Shown here piece by piece: positions 39,173 through 48,475 of a DNA stretch of 64,000 nt. The position numbers were made by a program, and so were the translations under genes. The stretch spans positions 7,293 to 71,292 of the IMG/VR virus record IMGVR_UViG_3300028025_002828. The stretch is one strand, 5' to 3'. The notes below the pieces were generated by a model. The model ran no database searches, had not been told where the DNA came from, and saw only the letters and a program-made list of their open reading frames with translations. Positions within the stretch are counted from its first letter, which is position 1, and each line of letters starts with the position of its first letter. The DNA comes from a virus.

Positions 39173-39322
39173 ATGAAGATTAAACTTAAACCTTTGAAAC
39201 AACGCAACTTTGTTGCAAAAGACTTGCGCACACCTAAGTATGCGATGCGAGTTGTTGTTTCTAAAAAAAGTTACAAACGTGTAAACGAATTTAAAATTAT
39301 GAAGGAGAATGACTATGCCTAA
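39173..39322 (+). CDS. small basic protein resembling ribosome-rescue factor ArfA
   Basis: 49 aa, RNFVAKDLRTPKYAMRVVVSKKSYKR; leaderless start. Confidence 0.5.
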   Translation: MKIKLKPLKQRNFVAKDLRTPKYAMRVVVSKKSYKRVNEFKIMKENDYA

Positions 39323-39827
39323 TTGGTGCAACAATACCGTAACGATATCACATGAAGACGCAACTAAAATTGATGCGATTGAACACGAATTGATGCGTGA
39401 TAATCCTGAACTTTTCAATTCAATAATCCCACGTCCAGCAGCAGAGGAAGACTGGTATAGTTGGAACGTAAACAATTGGGGTACGAAATGGGACGCATCA
39501 ATACATCAGTATGAACGTCTAGATGAGAACACAATTACTGTTGAATTTGACACAGCATGGTCGCCTCCTTCTAAGTTTTATTACACACTGCTCGATGCTG
39601 AATATACCGTAAATGGTATGTATCATGAGGGTGGTATGGCATATGCTGGCGTCTTCGAAAATGGTAACGATGACTATTATGAATATGACATGAACGATCT
39701 TAGCACTATTCAAGCTCTCCCTGAAGAACTACTTGAATGGACAGGCTTAGAACTTAGTTATGAAGACTATCATGATGAAGAATCGTATGAAAGAGTTGAG
39801 CACAATTTAGATGGAGATGAGAAGTGA
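39315..39827 (+). CDS. YubB/ferredoxin-like domain protein
   Basis: MPNWCNN, WNVNNWGTKWD, FDTAWSPP. Confidence 0.7.
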   Translation: MPNWCNNTVTISHEDATKIDAIEHELMRDNPELFNSIIPRPAAEEDWYSWNVNNWGTKWDASIHQYERLDENTITVEFDTAWSPPSKFYYTLLDAEYTVNGMYHEGGMAYAGVFENGNDDYYEYDMNDLSTIQALPEELLEWTGLELSYEDYHDEESYERVEHNLDGDEK

Positions 39828-40057
39828 CAGTTCCAATGGAAAGAACAAATGCAGTATTAAATACTGAACAGTTTTTACTTGATCTTTTGAGACCTTCGGT
39901 GACGCCAAGAGTGCCGAAAGAAATACGTGAAAGAGCACGTGGGTTATTGAGACACTACCCATCTACTTTCGACATGGATGTTATCAGTGAACGTGAAGAT
40001 AGTTTGACAGAACAAACTATAATGAAACACAAAGTTTTTGGAAAAGGTTACAAATGA
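39824..40057 (+). CDS. hypothetical protein
   Basis: coupled ORF; TPRVPKEIRERA..LLRHYP. Confidence 0.6.
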   Translation: MTVPMERTNAVLNTEQFLLDLLRPSVTPRVPKEIRERARGLLRHYPSTFDMDVISEREDSLTEQTIMKHKVFGKGYK

Positions 40058-40419
40058 AAGTAGTAATCAATAGATGTTTTGGTGGGTTTGGTATCTCAAA
40101 TTTAGCATTTGAGAAATTACTTGAACGTAAGGGTATTGCATTCGATAAAGTTCCAGCAAAATATCCAATTCGTGGGAATGATTCAGACTACTACAAAGCA
40201 GGTAGTCCACAATCTGATGCGACATACCTAAGTGAGTATGAGTTCTATGAACAGCGCAATGACCCAGATTTGATTGCAGTGATTGAAGAATTGGGTAAAG
40301 AATCTTGGGGTTGGGCATCAGAACTAGCAATCTTGGATATTCCAGATGATGTTGAATGGCATATCAGTGAATACGATGGACTTGAACATGTAGCTGAAAA
40401 TCATAGGACTTGGTCATGA
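40054..40419 (+). CDS. conserved phage hypothetical protein
   Basis: MKVVINRCFGGFGIS...EYDGLE. Confidence 0.7.
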   Translation: MKVVINRCFGGFGISNLAFEKLLERKGIAFDKVPAKYPIRGNDSDYYKAGSPQSDATYLSEYEFYEQRNDPDLIAVIEELGKESWGWASELAILDIPDDVEWHISEYDGLEHVAENHRTWS

Positions 40420-40643
40420 AAAATTTAGAAATTCCTTTCGAGGTTGCTGATGGCATTACAAGATGCAATCTGATTGATGCGAGAAATTATCTTCAGTCAG
40501 AATTAGATCAATGGAATGCAAATCCAAAGACTGAAGATAATCCAGATGGTTATTGGTTGCATCCTGAAGATGTGGTCATTAACATGCAGTTGGTTAAAGC
40601 GATGTCATTAATTATCAATTACTATGGTGGCGAAAATGCGTAA
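40416..40643 (+). CDS. hypothetical protein
   Basis: coupled ORF in an early-gene run. Confidence 0.55.
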   Translation: MKNLEIPFEVADGITRCNLIDARNYLQSELDQWNANPKTEDNPDGYWLHPEDVVINMQLVKAMSLIINYYGGENA

Positions 40644-41163
40644 AGAACTAGACGAAGCACTATGTGCAAAGTATCCGCTGGTCTTTAAGGATCGCAACGC
40701 AGATATGCGTACCACAGCCATGTGCTGGGGTCTTGAGTGTGGTGATGGTTGGTATAATCTTATCGATGTTCTTTGTGGTCTGTTGACTTCTGAATATCGT
40801 GGCGCACAAAGTCGTTATGAGTATCTTATGCAAGCTGGTGTCGGTGGCATTCTTTATGGAACAAAAACCGTAACACAAGAAGACATTGATCAAGCCAAAG
40901 CAAAATTGGATGAAGAAACATTGAAGGTTCCAGTTGCTGTTCAAGTAAAAGAAAAGTTCGGTGGACTTCGTTTCTATGTTCAAGCTGCAACTGATAAACA
41001 TCATCAGTATATTAATTTTGCTGAAAGTATGAGTTATCGTACCTGTGAAGAGTGTGGTGCTCCAGGAAAAACATATACCGATGGTTGGCACATGACTCTG
41101 TGTGATATTCATGCTGCTATGAATGGTAAAGAAGAAGAGTATGTTTATGAGGAGAATGTATAA
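40636..41163 (+). CDS. conserved phage protein with C-terminal Zn ribbon
   Basis: QVKEKFGGLRFY, CEECG...LCDIH. Confidence 0.7.
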   Translation: MRKELDEALCAKYPLVFKDRNADMRTTAMCWGLECGDGWYNLIDVLCGLLTSEYRGAQSRYEYLMQAGVGGILYGTKTVTQEDIDQAKAKLDEETLKVPVAVQVKEKFGGLRFYVQAATDKHHQYINFAESMSYRTCEECGAPGKTYTDGWHMTLCDIHAAMNGKEEEYVYEENV

Positions 41164-41540
41164 TGTTCTATGGTAAAGATACGATTGAAGAAAACTTTGA
41201 TGTTCTCCTACGCAAATTAGAACAACAAGAATTATTTTTGTTTGAGCCAATGCCTTCTTGGAAAGAAGAAAAAGAAGGTGGTAGATGGACTGATGAATTT
41301 CGTATTCGTGATGGTCATACTAAACTTGCCGATGGCACTTGGGTCACTATTCATAAAGTAACTGACTGGGTTGAGAAACTTAAGAAAGACACCAAAGAGT
41401 TGTATGAAATCAGTACAAAACAATCTCGTGAGATTTCTTTGTTAAGGAAACAAAGACGTGAGATGGAATATGGATTGCGTGTCGCACAAAAATCATTAAA
41501 TACTTCTTTATCAATTAAATCAACTGGAGAAAATGAATGA
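41163..41540 (+). CDS. hypothetical protein
   Basis: SD GAGGAG, coupled. Confidence 0.6.
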   Translation: MFYGKDTIEENFDVLLRKLEQQELFLFEPMPSWKEEKEGGRWTDEFRIRDGHTKLADGTWVTIHKVTDWVEKLKKDTKELYEISTKQSREISLLRKQRREMEYGLRVAQKSLNTSLSIKSTGENE

Positions 41541-41728
41541 CCCAAGTCGCTGCATTGTTAAGACCAAGAACACGTGAAGCTGAGATTACTAAAACGCAAA
41601 AATCTAAAACTGCGCATGTAAGTTTGGTAGATTGGTATAAGATTGGTAGAGATAATCCAGCATCAGTAACATTTTACAACCAAGGTATCACCAAAGATAC
41701 CATCAAAGTGAAGGTAAGTCTAGCATGA
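41537..41728 (+). CDS. hypothetical protein
   Basis: SD GGAG, ATGA overlap. Confidence 0.5.
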   Translation: MTQVAALLRPRTREAEITKTQKSKTAHVSLVDWYKIGRDNPASVTFYNQGITKDTIKVKVSLA

Positions 41729-41940
41729 AAACTTGTGTCTTTAAAACTAATGGGCATGACTATACTGCAACAGTATCACATAACATGGTAACTGGTATGC
41801 ATAACATAATCTTGAGGCAAAAGATTGAAGGTACATCTTACGACTCTAAATTCGAAATGTTTTTAGAGAACAGTGAGTTTGATAAGTTCGTGGAATTTTT
41901 AAATACAATTAACGGAAACATGAGGAGTGATTTGAAATGA
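41725..41940 (+). CDS. hypothetical protein
   Basis: ATGA overlap. Confidence 0.5.
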   Translation: MKTCVFKTNGHDYTATVSHNMVTGMHNIILRQKIEGTSYDSKFEMFLENSEFDKFVEFLNTINGNMRSDLK

Positions 41941-42269
41941 TATCAAGTAATAGCGGAACAGATTTTATTGCACTGGCAAAAGCCAGTGGTACTGATCCTA
42001 TGGAGATTATTAATCAACCAGAGTTTAAAGAATGGCTGATTGAACACTTAGCGTCAACTGACTTGACTGTTGAGTTTACTAAAAAGGATGGTGAGAAACG
42101 ACGCATGCATTGCACTAGAAATCTTGATAAGATTCCATCACTGCATCAACCATCTAGCAGCAAAACAAGCAGCACTACCGATGCTATTCCTGTTTTCGAT
42201 CTTGAGAAAAGTGAGTGGCGCAGTTTTAACCTGTCGAACTTAACACGTATCGAGTGGAGTTTGACATAA
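41937..42269 (+). CDS. WYL-like SH3/Sm-fold protein
   Basis: VEFTKKDGEKRRMHCT...VFDLEKSEWRSF. Confidence 0.75.
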   Translation: MISSNSGTDFIALAKASGTDPMEIINQPEFKEWLIEHLASTDLTVEFTKKDGEKRRMHCTRNLDKIPSLHQPSSSKTSSTTDAIPVFDLEKSEWRSFNLSNLTRIEWSLT

Positions 42270-42285
42270 CATAGGAGTTACCTCT

Positions 42286-42567
42286 ATGTCTAGCGAAGAA
42301 GAAAAGCTGAAGCATTCAAAGCGTCTTCACCAAGAAAAAGCTGCAATCAAACGACAAGTGAAGATTGCAAAAGAATATGGTGCCCCTGTAACAGAACCAC
42401 ATAAATTTGCCAAACGACATGCATTAAACTGTGGCAATCCTAATTGTGTAATGTGCGCAAACCCAAGAAAAGTTTTTAACGAAAAAACTATTCAAGAGCA
42501 AAAATTTGAACAAAAGGAAAAATATGATGAATCAAATATCCAATCCAGCAGATCGATTGAAGATTAA
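42286..42567 (+). CDS. hypothetical basic protein
   Basis: CGNPNCVMCANPR motif. Confidence 0.6.
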   Translation: MSSEEEKLKHSKRLHQEKAAIKRQVKIAKEYGAPVTEPHKFAKRHALNCGNPNCVMCANPRKVFNEKTIQEQKFEQKEKYDESNIQSSRSIED

Positions 42568-42784
42568 GAAAATGCTTGCTGAAATCAGCAATAGCATGAC
42601 ACGTGTTGATGCTGAGAAAGATCTAATCCGTGAAACAATCAAAGACATGTCTGACCAGTTTCAACTGTCTAAGAAAACTTTAAACAAAATGGCACGTGTC
42701 TACCATAAGCAAAACTTCCAACAAGAAGTTGCGGGACATGAAGAATTCGAAGCACTCTATGAACAGGTTGTAAACAATGACTAA
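42524..42784 (+). CDS. dsbA: T4 DsbA-like dsDNA-binding protein
   Basis: EISNSMTRVDAEKD...KMARVYHKQNF; upstream of rnh as in T4. Confidence 0.75.
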   Translation: MMNQISNPADRLKIKKMLAEISNSMTRVDAEKDLIRETIKDMSDQFQLSKKTLNKMARVYHKQNFQQEVAGHEEFEALYEQVVNND

Positions 42785-42986
42785 GTATACTCTTGGGGTT
42801 CTCCCATTCATCTTCATCATTTCTTTTGTAATTTTGGTGATTGTTCTGGCACCAATTGCAGCCATCTGGTCGCTTAATACCTTGTTTGGTCTTGCTATTC
42901 CTTTTACGTTCGACACGTGGATGGCTGCATTCTTTCTCTCCGCTGTTTTCGGTGGTGGGGTGGGTGTTGCATCAAGAAAGAAATAA
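42777..42986 (+). CDS. small membrane protein
   Basis: two hydrophobic segments. Confidence 0.6.
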   Translation: MTKYTLGVLPFIFIISFVILVIVLAPIAAIWSLNTLFGLAIPFTFDTWMAAFFLSAVFGGGVGVASRKK

Positions 42987-43048
42987 CCCTATTCTTTGTA
43001 AGTGTATCCAACAAAGTGCTTTACTTTAATTCATCGATCAGGTATAAT
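42985..43048 (+). promoter_or_regulatory. sigma70 promoter with degenerate upstream palindrome
   Basis: AACCCTAT-N5-GTAAGTGT, TTTACT(43020)-17-TATAAT. Confidence 0.75.
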
Positions 43049-43075
43049 TATTACTTAAATGGAGATTACTAATCT

Positions 43076-44167
43076 ATGGCTAAAATGAACACTCAGGAAC
43101 GTAAGCAATTTGTGCTAGACCAAAAGGGATCCGAGCCGATGATCAACATCGATCGGTACACATATTCTTTGATGGCAGCATTAAATTACTACAACGAACA
43201 GCACGACAACAAAGAAAAGCGTAAATGGGCATTGACTTATGTAGCCAAGACCGACAAGAAACTTGCTGGTGAGTTGGATAAAATTGATGCCGATTATGAG
43301 TTTCGTTCTTATGGCACACTTGCCAGAATGATAATGCGTGGCTCACAACTTCTTGATAAAGAAACCATCTGGATGACTAATCGTCTCAGTGAACTCAAGC
43401 GATTGATTCCTGCGCCTGTGATTGTAGCCGACACTAATAAAGCGCCAGTGAATGTGATCTCTATACAAGATCGTATCGCTGAGAAAGCACGTGAGATCGC
43501 TGGCGAAATTGATGGTGGCATCGATGACTTTGTTATCGCTGGTTGCCCAAAAGATTTTGTTCTCCCAGTGTCAATCAAATCATTAAACGCACCGATCGTG
43601 AAGCACTTGATTGCAAATTACACTAAACAAAAGCAAGAACTAGAAGAAGCACTTGCTGGTACCGATGAGCAACTTAATGAAGGTTACAGCAACTTCACTA
43701 AAATTCAACTCAAGCGATTTATTGCTTTGCTTGACACAATCGTTAGTGATGCGGAGCAAGTTAAGAAAACTGTTTTCCGTAAACCACGCACTCGCAAAGT
43801 GAAACCAGCTGGTGAAGTTGTCAAGAATATGAAGTTTAAAGCCAGCGACGAAACCTATGGCATCGTTTCTGTGCAACCATACAAAATTATCGGTGCATCC
43901 GAAGTGTGGGTCTTCAATACTAAGTACAAGAAACTGCAGGTATATAAGTCACTCGACAATGACAACTTGACTGTCAAGGGAACTACTATTTTAAACTACA
44001 ACACAACGACATCAATGTCTAAGACTTTACGTAAACCAGAATTGGTGAAAGGTTATGCCACTATGGGTAAACGTGCACTGAACAGTGCTTACAAAGATCT
44101 TAAGACTAAGCCCACTGTTCCAAATGGTCGGGTCAATGAAGAGTGTGTTATTTTGGCGGTATACTAA
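43076..44167 (+). CDS. conserved T4-like hypothetical protein
   Basis: 363 aa; KTLRKP...NGRVNEE C-terminus. Confidence 0.7.
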   Translation: MAKMNTQERKQFVLDQKGSEPMINIDRYTYSLMAALNYYNEQHDNKEKRKWALTYVAKTDKKLAGELDKIDADYEFRSYGTLARMIMRGSQLLDKETIWMTNRLSELKRLIPAPVIVADTNKAPVNVISIQDRIAEKAREIAGEIDGGIDDFVIAGCPKDFVLPVSIKSLNAPIVKHLIANYTKQKQELEEALAGTDEQLNEGYSNFTKIQLKRFIALLDTIVSDAEQVKKTVFRKPRTRKVKPAGEVVKNMKFKASDETYGIVSVQPYKIIGASEVWVFNTKYKKLQVYKSLDNDNLTVKGTTILNYNTTTSMSKTLRKPELVKGYATMGKRALNSAYKDLKTKPTVPNGRVNEECVILAVY

Positions 44168-44169
44168 TT

Positions 44170-45051
44170 ATGATTCTTATTGATTATTCGCAAGTTGCTC
44201 TGAGCAATATTCTTTCCTTCCAGCGTGAGTTGAAATCTCAGACACCTGAAGAGGTGAAGAATCTTATTCGCCACGCTACTCTTTCTACGTTGAAGTATTA
44301 CAAGAAAAAGTATGGTAAAGAATATGGCGACATGACAATTTGTTGTGATGGGCGCAACTATTGGAGACGTGAACACTTTCCACATTACAAAGCAAGTCGA
44401 AAGAAAGCACGTGATGCCAGTGATTTAGACTGGGGATTAATTTTTGATACGCTGAGCGAAATCCGTCAAGACATTATTGACCATTTCCCGTACAAGGTTA
44501 TTCACATTGATCGTGCTGAAGCTGACGATGTTATTGCATCTCTTGTATATCTCACCGATGAGTTTGGTTCTGAGGTAGCTGGCAATCCAGTAATAATTAT
44601 CTCAAGCGACAAAGACTTTAAGCAACTACACACTCTTAGCACAGTGAAGCAGTGGTCGCCGATGCAAAAGAAAGCAGTTGTCAGCAAACATGATGAGATT
44701 AAAAATCAAATCGTTGAGCACATTGTAAAAGGTGATGCTGGTGATGGTATTCCAAACATTTTGAGTAAAGATGATTGTTTTGTTCAAGGCATCCGTCAAA
44801 CTCCAGTGAGCGCAAAGCGTCTTGCTGAATTTCTCGAGAAGGGTATTGATGCTTGTCGTAATGATGAAGAAAAACGCAATTGGCAAAGAAACCAAAGTTT
44901 GGTAGATTTCAAATACATACCTGAAGATCTAAAACAAACAATCTGGGATGCATATATAAATAACAAACCGAAAGGCAATAAAGGAACTGTTATGAACTAC
45001 CTGATTGCTAATCGGTGCAGATTGTTACTAGACGATATTGAGGAATTTTAA
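44170..45051 (+). CDS. rnh: T4 RNase H-like 5'-3' exonuclease
   Basis: ILIDYSQ, YKASR, EADDVIA, SSDKDFKQL, GDAGDGIPN. Confidence 0.92.
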   Translation: MILIDYSQVALSNILSFQRELKSQTPEEVKNLIRHATLSTLKYYKKKYGKEYGDMTICCDGRNYWRREHFPHYKASRKKARDASDLDWGLIFDTLSEIRQDIIDHFPYKVIHIDRAEADDVIASLVYLTDEFGSEVAGNPVIIISSDKDFKQLHTLSTVKQWSPMQKKAVVSKHDEIKNQIVEHIVKGDAGDGIPNILSKDDCFVQGIRQTPVSAKRLAEFLEKGIDACRNDEEKRNWQRNQSLVDFKYIPEDLKQTIWDAYINNKPKGNKGTVMNYLIANRCRLLLDDIEEF

Positions 45052-45052
45052 A

Positions 45053-45457
45053 ATGGCTAAACGTATACCTGATATACTAAAAGAAATAAATGAGAAACCT
45101 GAGTTGTTGAAAACTGTGTACGCAAACAATGGGGCACTAACTCTTTTGTTTAAGCATGCATTTGATGAGCAACACAAGTTTGTGTTGCCTGAAACTGACC
45201 CACCATACAAAGCTGAACATGCGGATCATGAAACAATGTCTCCCACGAATTTGTATTCAGAACTAAGACGTCTATACGTTTTCACTAGAACTGATATATC
45301 TAAAATTCGCAGAGAATCTTTGTTCATTCAACTGCTAGAGGGTGTGGCTCATGATGAAGCGAAGTTATTGCTTGCTGTGAAGAATCAAGAACTGCATAAA
45401 TTGTATAAAAAAATTACTAAAAAATTAGTCACCGAATCGGGATATTTAAATGGATAA
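45053..45457 (+). CDS. conserved T4-like hypothetical protein
   Basis: RRESLFIQLLEG..EAKLLL. Confidence 0.65.
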   Translation: MAKRIPDILKEINEKPELLKTVYANNGALTLLFKHAFDEQHKFVLPETDPPYKAEHADHETMSPTNLYSELRRLYVFTRTDISKIRRESLFIQLLEGVAHDEAKLLLAVKNQELHKLYKKITKKLVTESGYLNG

Positions 45458-45704
45458 AAACATAACAACAATAACAAACATAGAAACAGGACTACATGCT
45501 CCTGCGGAAATCCGACAATACAACGAAAAGCAAACGATGGCTGTTGTATACAGAGAATTTGAATCAGGGCATTTACGTGCGCTTGAGTTTGTTTGGAAAG
45601 ATGACAAGTGGATTTCTAGTGATGGCTTGTATGAATCCGACTACTACTTCGACAAGACAATGAACGAAGTTATCAATGTTGTACCGCATCCACGAGATGA
45701 GTAA
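45450..45704 (+). CDS. hypothetical protein
   Basis: coupled ORF. Confidence 0.5.
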   Translation: MDKNITTITNIETGLHAPAEIRQYNEKQTMAVVYREFESGHLRALEFVWKDDKWISSDGLYESDYYFDKTMNEVINVVPHPRDE

Positions 45705-46014
45705 TGTTATTTGCCCTTTCCCTCCAAAAAAAGAGGGGTATGACTTAACGACTCTCAGTGGTCAAACAAGAATTAATGTGTTTTTTCTTGGATTGACCGA
45801 TGGTGAGACGCTGGTGGTCACAACCAAAATAGATGACATTCCTGAGGTAATACGTAGCTTTAATCACAAAGTAGCTGTATTTGAAGCTCTGAAGAACTTG
45901 GATGACCAACGTGCTAATTTCCAAAAGGGTGCATGCTCCGTGGATGGACGATTTGGAGCCGATGGAGAGCCCAAAATTCACATACAAATAGGGCTGGCTG
46001 ATCCTGAAAAATGA
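45697..46014 (+). CDS. hypothetical protein
   Basis: coupled ORF. Confidence 0.5.
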   Translation: MSNVICPFPPKKEGYDLTTLSGQTRINVFFLGLTDGETLVVTTKIDDIPEVIRSFNHKVAVFEALKNLDDQRANFQKGACSVDGRFGADGEPKIHIQIGLADPEK

Positions 46015-46065
46015 CCCCTGTAAGGACTCCAAAACTCCTCCAAAGACCCCTAAAACCCCAAAAAT

Positions 46066-46129
46066 AACCCTACTTCTAGTAGGGTTTTGTAATTTAGTGC
46101 TTTACTTTAATTCAATAATCGTGTATAAT
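46066..46129 (+). promoter_or_regulatory. sigma70 promoter with upstream palindrome
   Basis: AACCCTAC-TTCTA-GTAGGGTT, TTTACT(46101)-17-TATAAT. Confidence 0.85.
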
Positions 46130-46135
46130 AGTCTT

Positions 46136-46417
46136 ATGATGATTGATAAAGGAAATGAAATGAAAGATCTTAAAGCATACGTTGACCAGAAAAACAGCTG
46201 GAACGCTATCTTCGGTAAACGTGCCTATGACTTAAACGTGAAGGAAGATCGTCAATCGATCGCTTCAATGATTGACTCTGATCTCAGCCCTGAGAATTTG
46301 ACATGCGATGGTGAGCTGCCACGTAGTCAGGTTCAAGCAAGATACAAATCTCTTACCAAGAGCGCTGAGCAGTTGTTGAAGTTAGATCCGTCTGTTACAT
46401 TTTATGAATTCGCTTGA
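46136..46417 (+). CDS. early hypothetical protein
   Basis: LSPENLTCDGE motif; start 46136 (leaderless) or 46160. Confidence 0.65.
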   Translation: MMIDKGNEMKDLKAYVDQKNSWNAIFGKRAYDLNVKEDRQSIASMIDSDLSPENLTCDGELPRSQVQARYKSLTKSAEQLLKLDPSVTFYEFA

Positions 46418-46427
46418 GGAGAAAACA

Positions 46428-46592
46428 ATGAAGGGTTCTATACGTATGCTTATTGGCTTTCTGTTGGTTTTCGGTGCTGTTGGTGGTATGGACGCTGGTC
46501 CCGCTGAAGACTTTTACTATCAGATAGTGATGGCTGTTGTTGGTCTGGGATTTATGTTCTCAGGTGTTCGTGCTATGAATCGTTTTAATTAA
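46428..46592 (+). CDS. small membrane protein
   Basis: SD GAGGAG, two TMs. Confidence 0.6.
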   Translation: MKGSIRMLIGFLLVFGAVGGMDAGPAEDFYYQIVMAVVGLGFMFSGVRAMNRFN

Positions 46593-46601
46593 GGAGTTAT
46601 C

Positions 46602-46844
46602 ATGGGATACTTTTCAAATCTTGAAATTGAAATTCTTGACCTCTATGAAGAGGGTGTTGAACCTACTAGTATCGCCAAAATTACTGGCGCAACTCTCACT
46701 AATGTGCTTGAGGTAATCTCGAACTTCGAGAATGATCAATACGAACCAGTTGAACCTGATGACAGCTACGCTGATGGTGAAGCACTTGCTTCAGCTGGGT
46801 TTGGTACCGATGAAGATTATGGTTATTATGGAGATGAAGAATGA
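46602..46844 (+). CDS. small acidic protein
   Basis: SD AAGGAG; ALASAGFGTDEDYG. Confidence 0.65.
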   Translation: MGYFSNLEIEILDLYEEGVEPTSIAKITGATLTNVLEVISNFENDQYEPVEPDDSYADGEALASAGFGTDEDYGYYGDEE

Positions 46845-47101
46845 CAACACCTATGGTTGATGAATATTCAGAAACAATTGTATATCGTGGTGAAACATTT
46901 GACCGTACTCACGGTAGTCCCTTTGATCGTGGCTCAGCCGATAGTCACTATGGTCGCCCAAAACAACCACATTGGTATCCTGAAGGATCTTATCGTGGTA
47001 CTCGCATAGAAGCAGAAGATATGCATGGCATTCAACTGCGTGCGTATGCTATGGGTTATGAATATAACGAACAATTTGGTGATAAAAAGAGTTGGGATTA
47101 A
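46841..47101 (+). CDS. hypothetical protein
   Basis: HGSPFDRGSADSHYGR. Confidence 0.65.
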   Translation: MTTPMVDEYSETIVYRGETFDRTHGSPFDRGSADSHYGRPKQPHWYPEGSYRGTRIEAEDMHGIQLRAYAMGYEYNEQFGDKKSWD

Positions 47102-47108
47102 AACCCAT

Positions 47109-47267
47109 AGTCTTACTGGAGGAATATCCGTGGCAGACTTTAAACAGCCAAAACAGCAGTCTACATCTACAGGTCGTTGCGTCCTTTGACTGAGAGACTA
47201 TAAAGAAAGAGTCATAAACTGATGCAGTCTATTTTTGCTGGTTACAGACTATAAAGAAAAACCAGCA
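47109..47267 (+). ncRNA. three tandem H-type pseudoknot units (candidate ncRNA)
   Basis: each unit is AGTCT...stem2-AGACT-A-rich loop-stem2'; stem2 differs between units but still pairs. Confidence 0.55.
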
Positions 47268-47287
47268 CTAATTTTGAAGGAGTTGAT

Positions 47288-47536
47288 ATGACAAATCTGA
47301 TGGATCGTTTTCGTAAGACTGACATGACTGAGCGTGATCTTGATAATCTTGAGTTCTTGCTGTCTGCGTCTAACAAAGTTATCGGTGACTGGTTCAGTAA
47401 AATGGAACAGGACGATATTGACTATGCCTTTGAGTTGCTTGAATTGGCAAAGTTAGAATTAGTTGATCAAGCAACTGAATTGACAGACTTGAGCCAAGCG
47501 CAAGATGTATTGTCAACAATTATGGAGAAGCGATAA
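47288..47536 (+). CDS. hypothetical protein
   Basis: SD AAGGAG. Confidence 0.6.
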   Translation: MTNLMDRFRKTDMTERDLDNLEFLLSASNKVIGDWFSKMEQDDIDYAFELLELAKLELVDQATELTDLSQAQDVLSTIMEKR

Positions 47537-47660
47537 TGTCTAATTTGTTTGTAGGTTTCATCTTAGGTTTTATTGTAGCAACAGTGGGTGTATCTACATT
47601 TGCTGGCTACCTTGACACCAAGGCTGAACAAGCAAAAGTAATTATTAAGGAGAATGTAAA

Positions 47661-47792
47661 GTGAAGTTTGTATTTGTTATACTTGTACTGGCTATCTGTG
47701 TTGCTTTAGCAGGTTGCGGTACTGTCGGTGGAACTCTTGCGGGTGCAGGAGAAGATCTTAAAAAAGCAGGAGAGTGGGTTAAATCTAAATGA
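47661..47792 (+). CDS. entericidin-like small lipoprotein
   Basis: 43 aa; LAGC lipobox; GTVGGTLAGAGEDLKKAG amphipathic helix; SD AAGGAG. Confidence 0.65.
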   Translation: MKFVFVILVLAICVALAGCGTVGGTLAGAGEDLKKAGEWVKSK

Positions 47793-47803
47793 GGAAATAT
47801 ACT

Positions 47804-48475
47804 ATGAAGAAAAGTGCATTAGCAATGGCATTGGTCGCTGTGTTTACAGTTGGCTGTGCATCCAAGGGTTCGCCCCCAACACCAGTGAAAGTTGAAAACA
47901 AGTTAGAGTTGAAACCTGACATTAAGAAAGCTGAAGCAGAGTTTCTTGAGATGTCTGGAACTTTACAACTTCAATTTTCTGAAGATGGTGACTGGGTTGT
48001 AATTAAATCATCGGGAACAGCCCCAATCAATTTTAACCACCCACAAGGTCGTGAAGATGCATTTATGCTCGCTACTATGAGAGCCAAACGCACGTTGATT
48101 GAGTTTCTTACCAATGATGTTAAGTCTGGTAAAGTTGCTGAGAACGTAACCAAAACAGCGATGCGTGATATCGTCACAAATAAAAACACAGAGGATCGTC
48201 GACGTGATTCTAAGAAAGAAAATGACTCACTATTCGGTAGCGACAACGACACCACTGGTGGAATGTATAGTGAGGAAGAACGTAAACGTGCCAGCAAGAT
48301 TGCTCAGTCTGTGACTGAAACAATCAGCGACAACTCTCAGTTTATTCTGAAGGGCGCATATGTTGCTAATCGTGTTGTTGATCGTGATACAAATATGGTG
48401 TCCGTAACCTTGCTAGTTTCCAAGAAAAGCATGAACGTGGCATCACAAATTCGTACACAGATGAATGGGTTCTAA
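47804..48475 (+). CDS. putative lipoprotein
   Basis: MKKSALAMALVAVFTVGC lipobox. Confidence 0.7.
   Translation: MKKSALAMALVAVFTVGCASKGSPPTPVKVENKLELKPDIKKAEAEFLEMSGTLQLQFSEDGDWVVIKSSGTAPINFNHPQGREDAFMLATMRAKRTLIEFLTNDVKSGKVAENVTKTAMRDIVTNKNTEDRRRDSKKENDSLFGSDNDTTGGMYSEEERKRASKIAQSVTETISDNSQFILKGAYVANRVVDRDTNMVSVTLLVSKKSMNVASQIRTQMNGF

Noticed and set aside
46012-46065. C/A-rich quasi-repeats (GACCCCT, ACTCC) as replication iterons
   Set aside because: Too short and irregular to distinguish from low-complexity spacer.
47109-47267. CRISPR array or preQ1 riboswitch
   Set aside because: Conserved parts are too short and irregular for CRISPR, with no cas genes; preQ1 ligand-binding loop residues were not recognised.
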